Made by a program: the position numbers and the translations under genes. 38,319 nucleotides of DNA from Candidatus Heimdallarchaeota archaeon. Its GTDB lineage: Archaea > Asgardarchaeota > Heimdallarchaeia > Heimdallarchaeales > Heimdallarchaeaceae. The notes beneath the pieces are model-generated. The model ran no database searches, was not told the DNA's origin, and was given only the letters and a program-made list of their open reading frames with translations. Shown here one piece after another: positions 38,066 to 38,319 of this stretch. Location: positions 1 through 38,319 of the forward strand of contig JAAFKI010000076.1 of assembly GCA_021399345.1 (NCBI GenBank), given 5' to 3'. Every line of letters begins with the position of its first letter. Positions within the stretch are counted from its first letter, which is position 1.

Positions 38066-38319
38066 TGCTAACTCTCACTCGTATAATTCTCACACAATTC
38101 TTCAGTTTTTCAGGTTATGTTAAGTATATGTTTTCGATATAAAAATAATTAAGAATCTTCTTCATTACAATTGCAGATTCAGAACAGGCTTCAGAGAATT
38201 CATATGTTTTCTATTATTATTCTCTAGAGCATATTCTTATGACATGAATTTTGTACAAATTCTTTAGAAGTGCCTGAAGCACATCATGGGGACGCCACAT
38301 CCCCTCCTACACCGCCCAC

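Noticed and set aside
38288-38319. SRP RNA or tRNA call for the GC-rich end
   Set aside because: Only a short GGCGTCCCC resemblance on the minus strand; the following sequence is AT-rich and does not continue the SRP or tRNA structure.

Overview
AT-rich, gene-dense archaeal chromosomal window, most consistent with an Asgard archaeon (inferred from an Arf-like GTPase fused to a longin-like domain, a Rab-like GTPase, a RING-finger protein, archaeal-type ProRS and an archaeal class III signal peptide). Recognisable genes: pcp, nfo, pepQ, hypB/hypA, proS, a nuclease-DinG helicase, a CE4 deacetylase, a GH63-like hydrolase, YhhN and DinB proteins. I found no rRNA, tRNA, CRISPR array or mobile element. 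The best candidate for an undescribed system is 20084-25347: a repeat-built polytopic membrane protein translationally coupled to a multi-pass membrane RING protein, followed by an SPFH protein that shares a duplicated zinc ribbon with the RING protein. This resembles a membrane-protein quality-control (ERAD-like) module. Other leads: an alpha-solenoid/Arf-longin/membrane-protein cluster (8518-12432), a HerA/VirB4-like ATPase with a poly-zinc-finger tail next to twin small membrane proteins, an HhH-eL33(L35Ae)-like fusion, a pair of degenerate nucleotidyltransferases (one fused to an ATPase), and two genes apparently starting at CTG/ACG. All calls come from reading motifs by eye; no searches were run.
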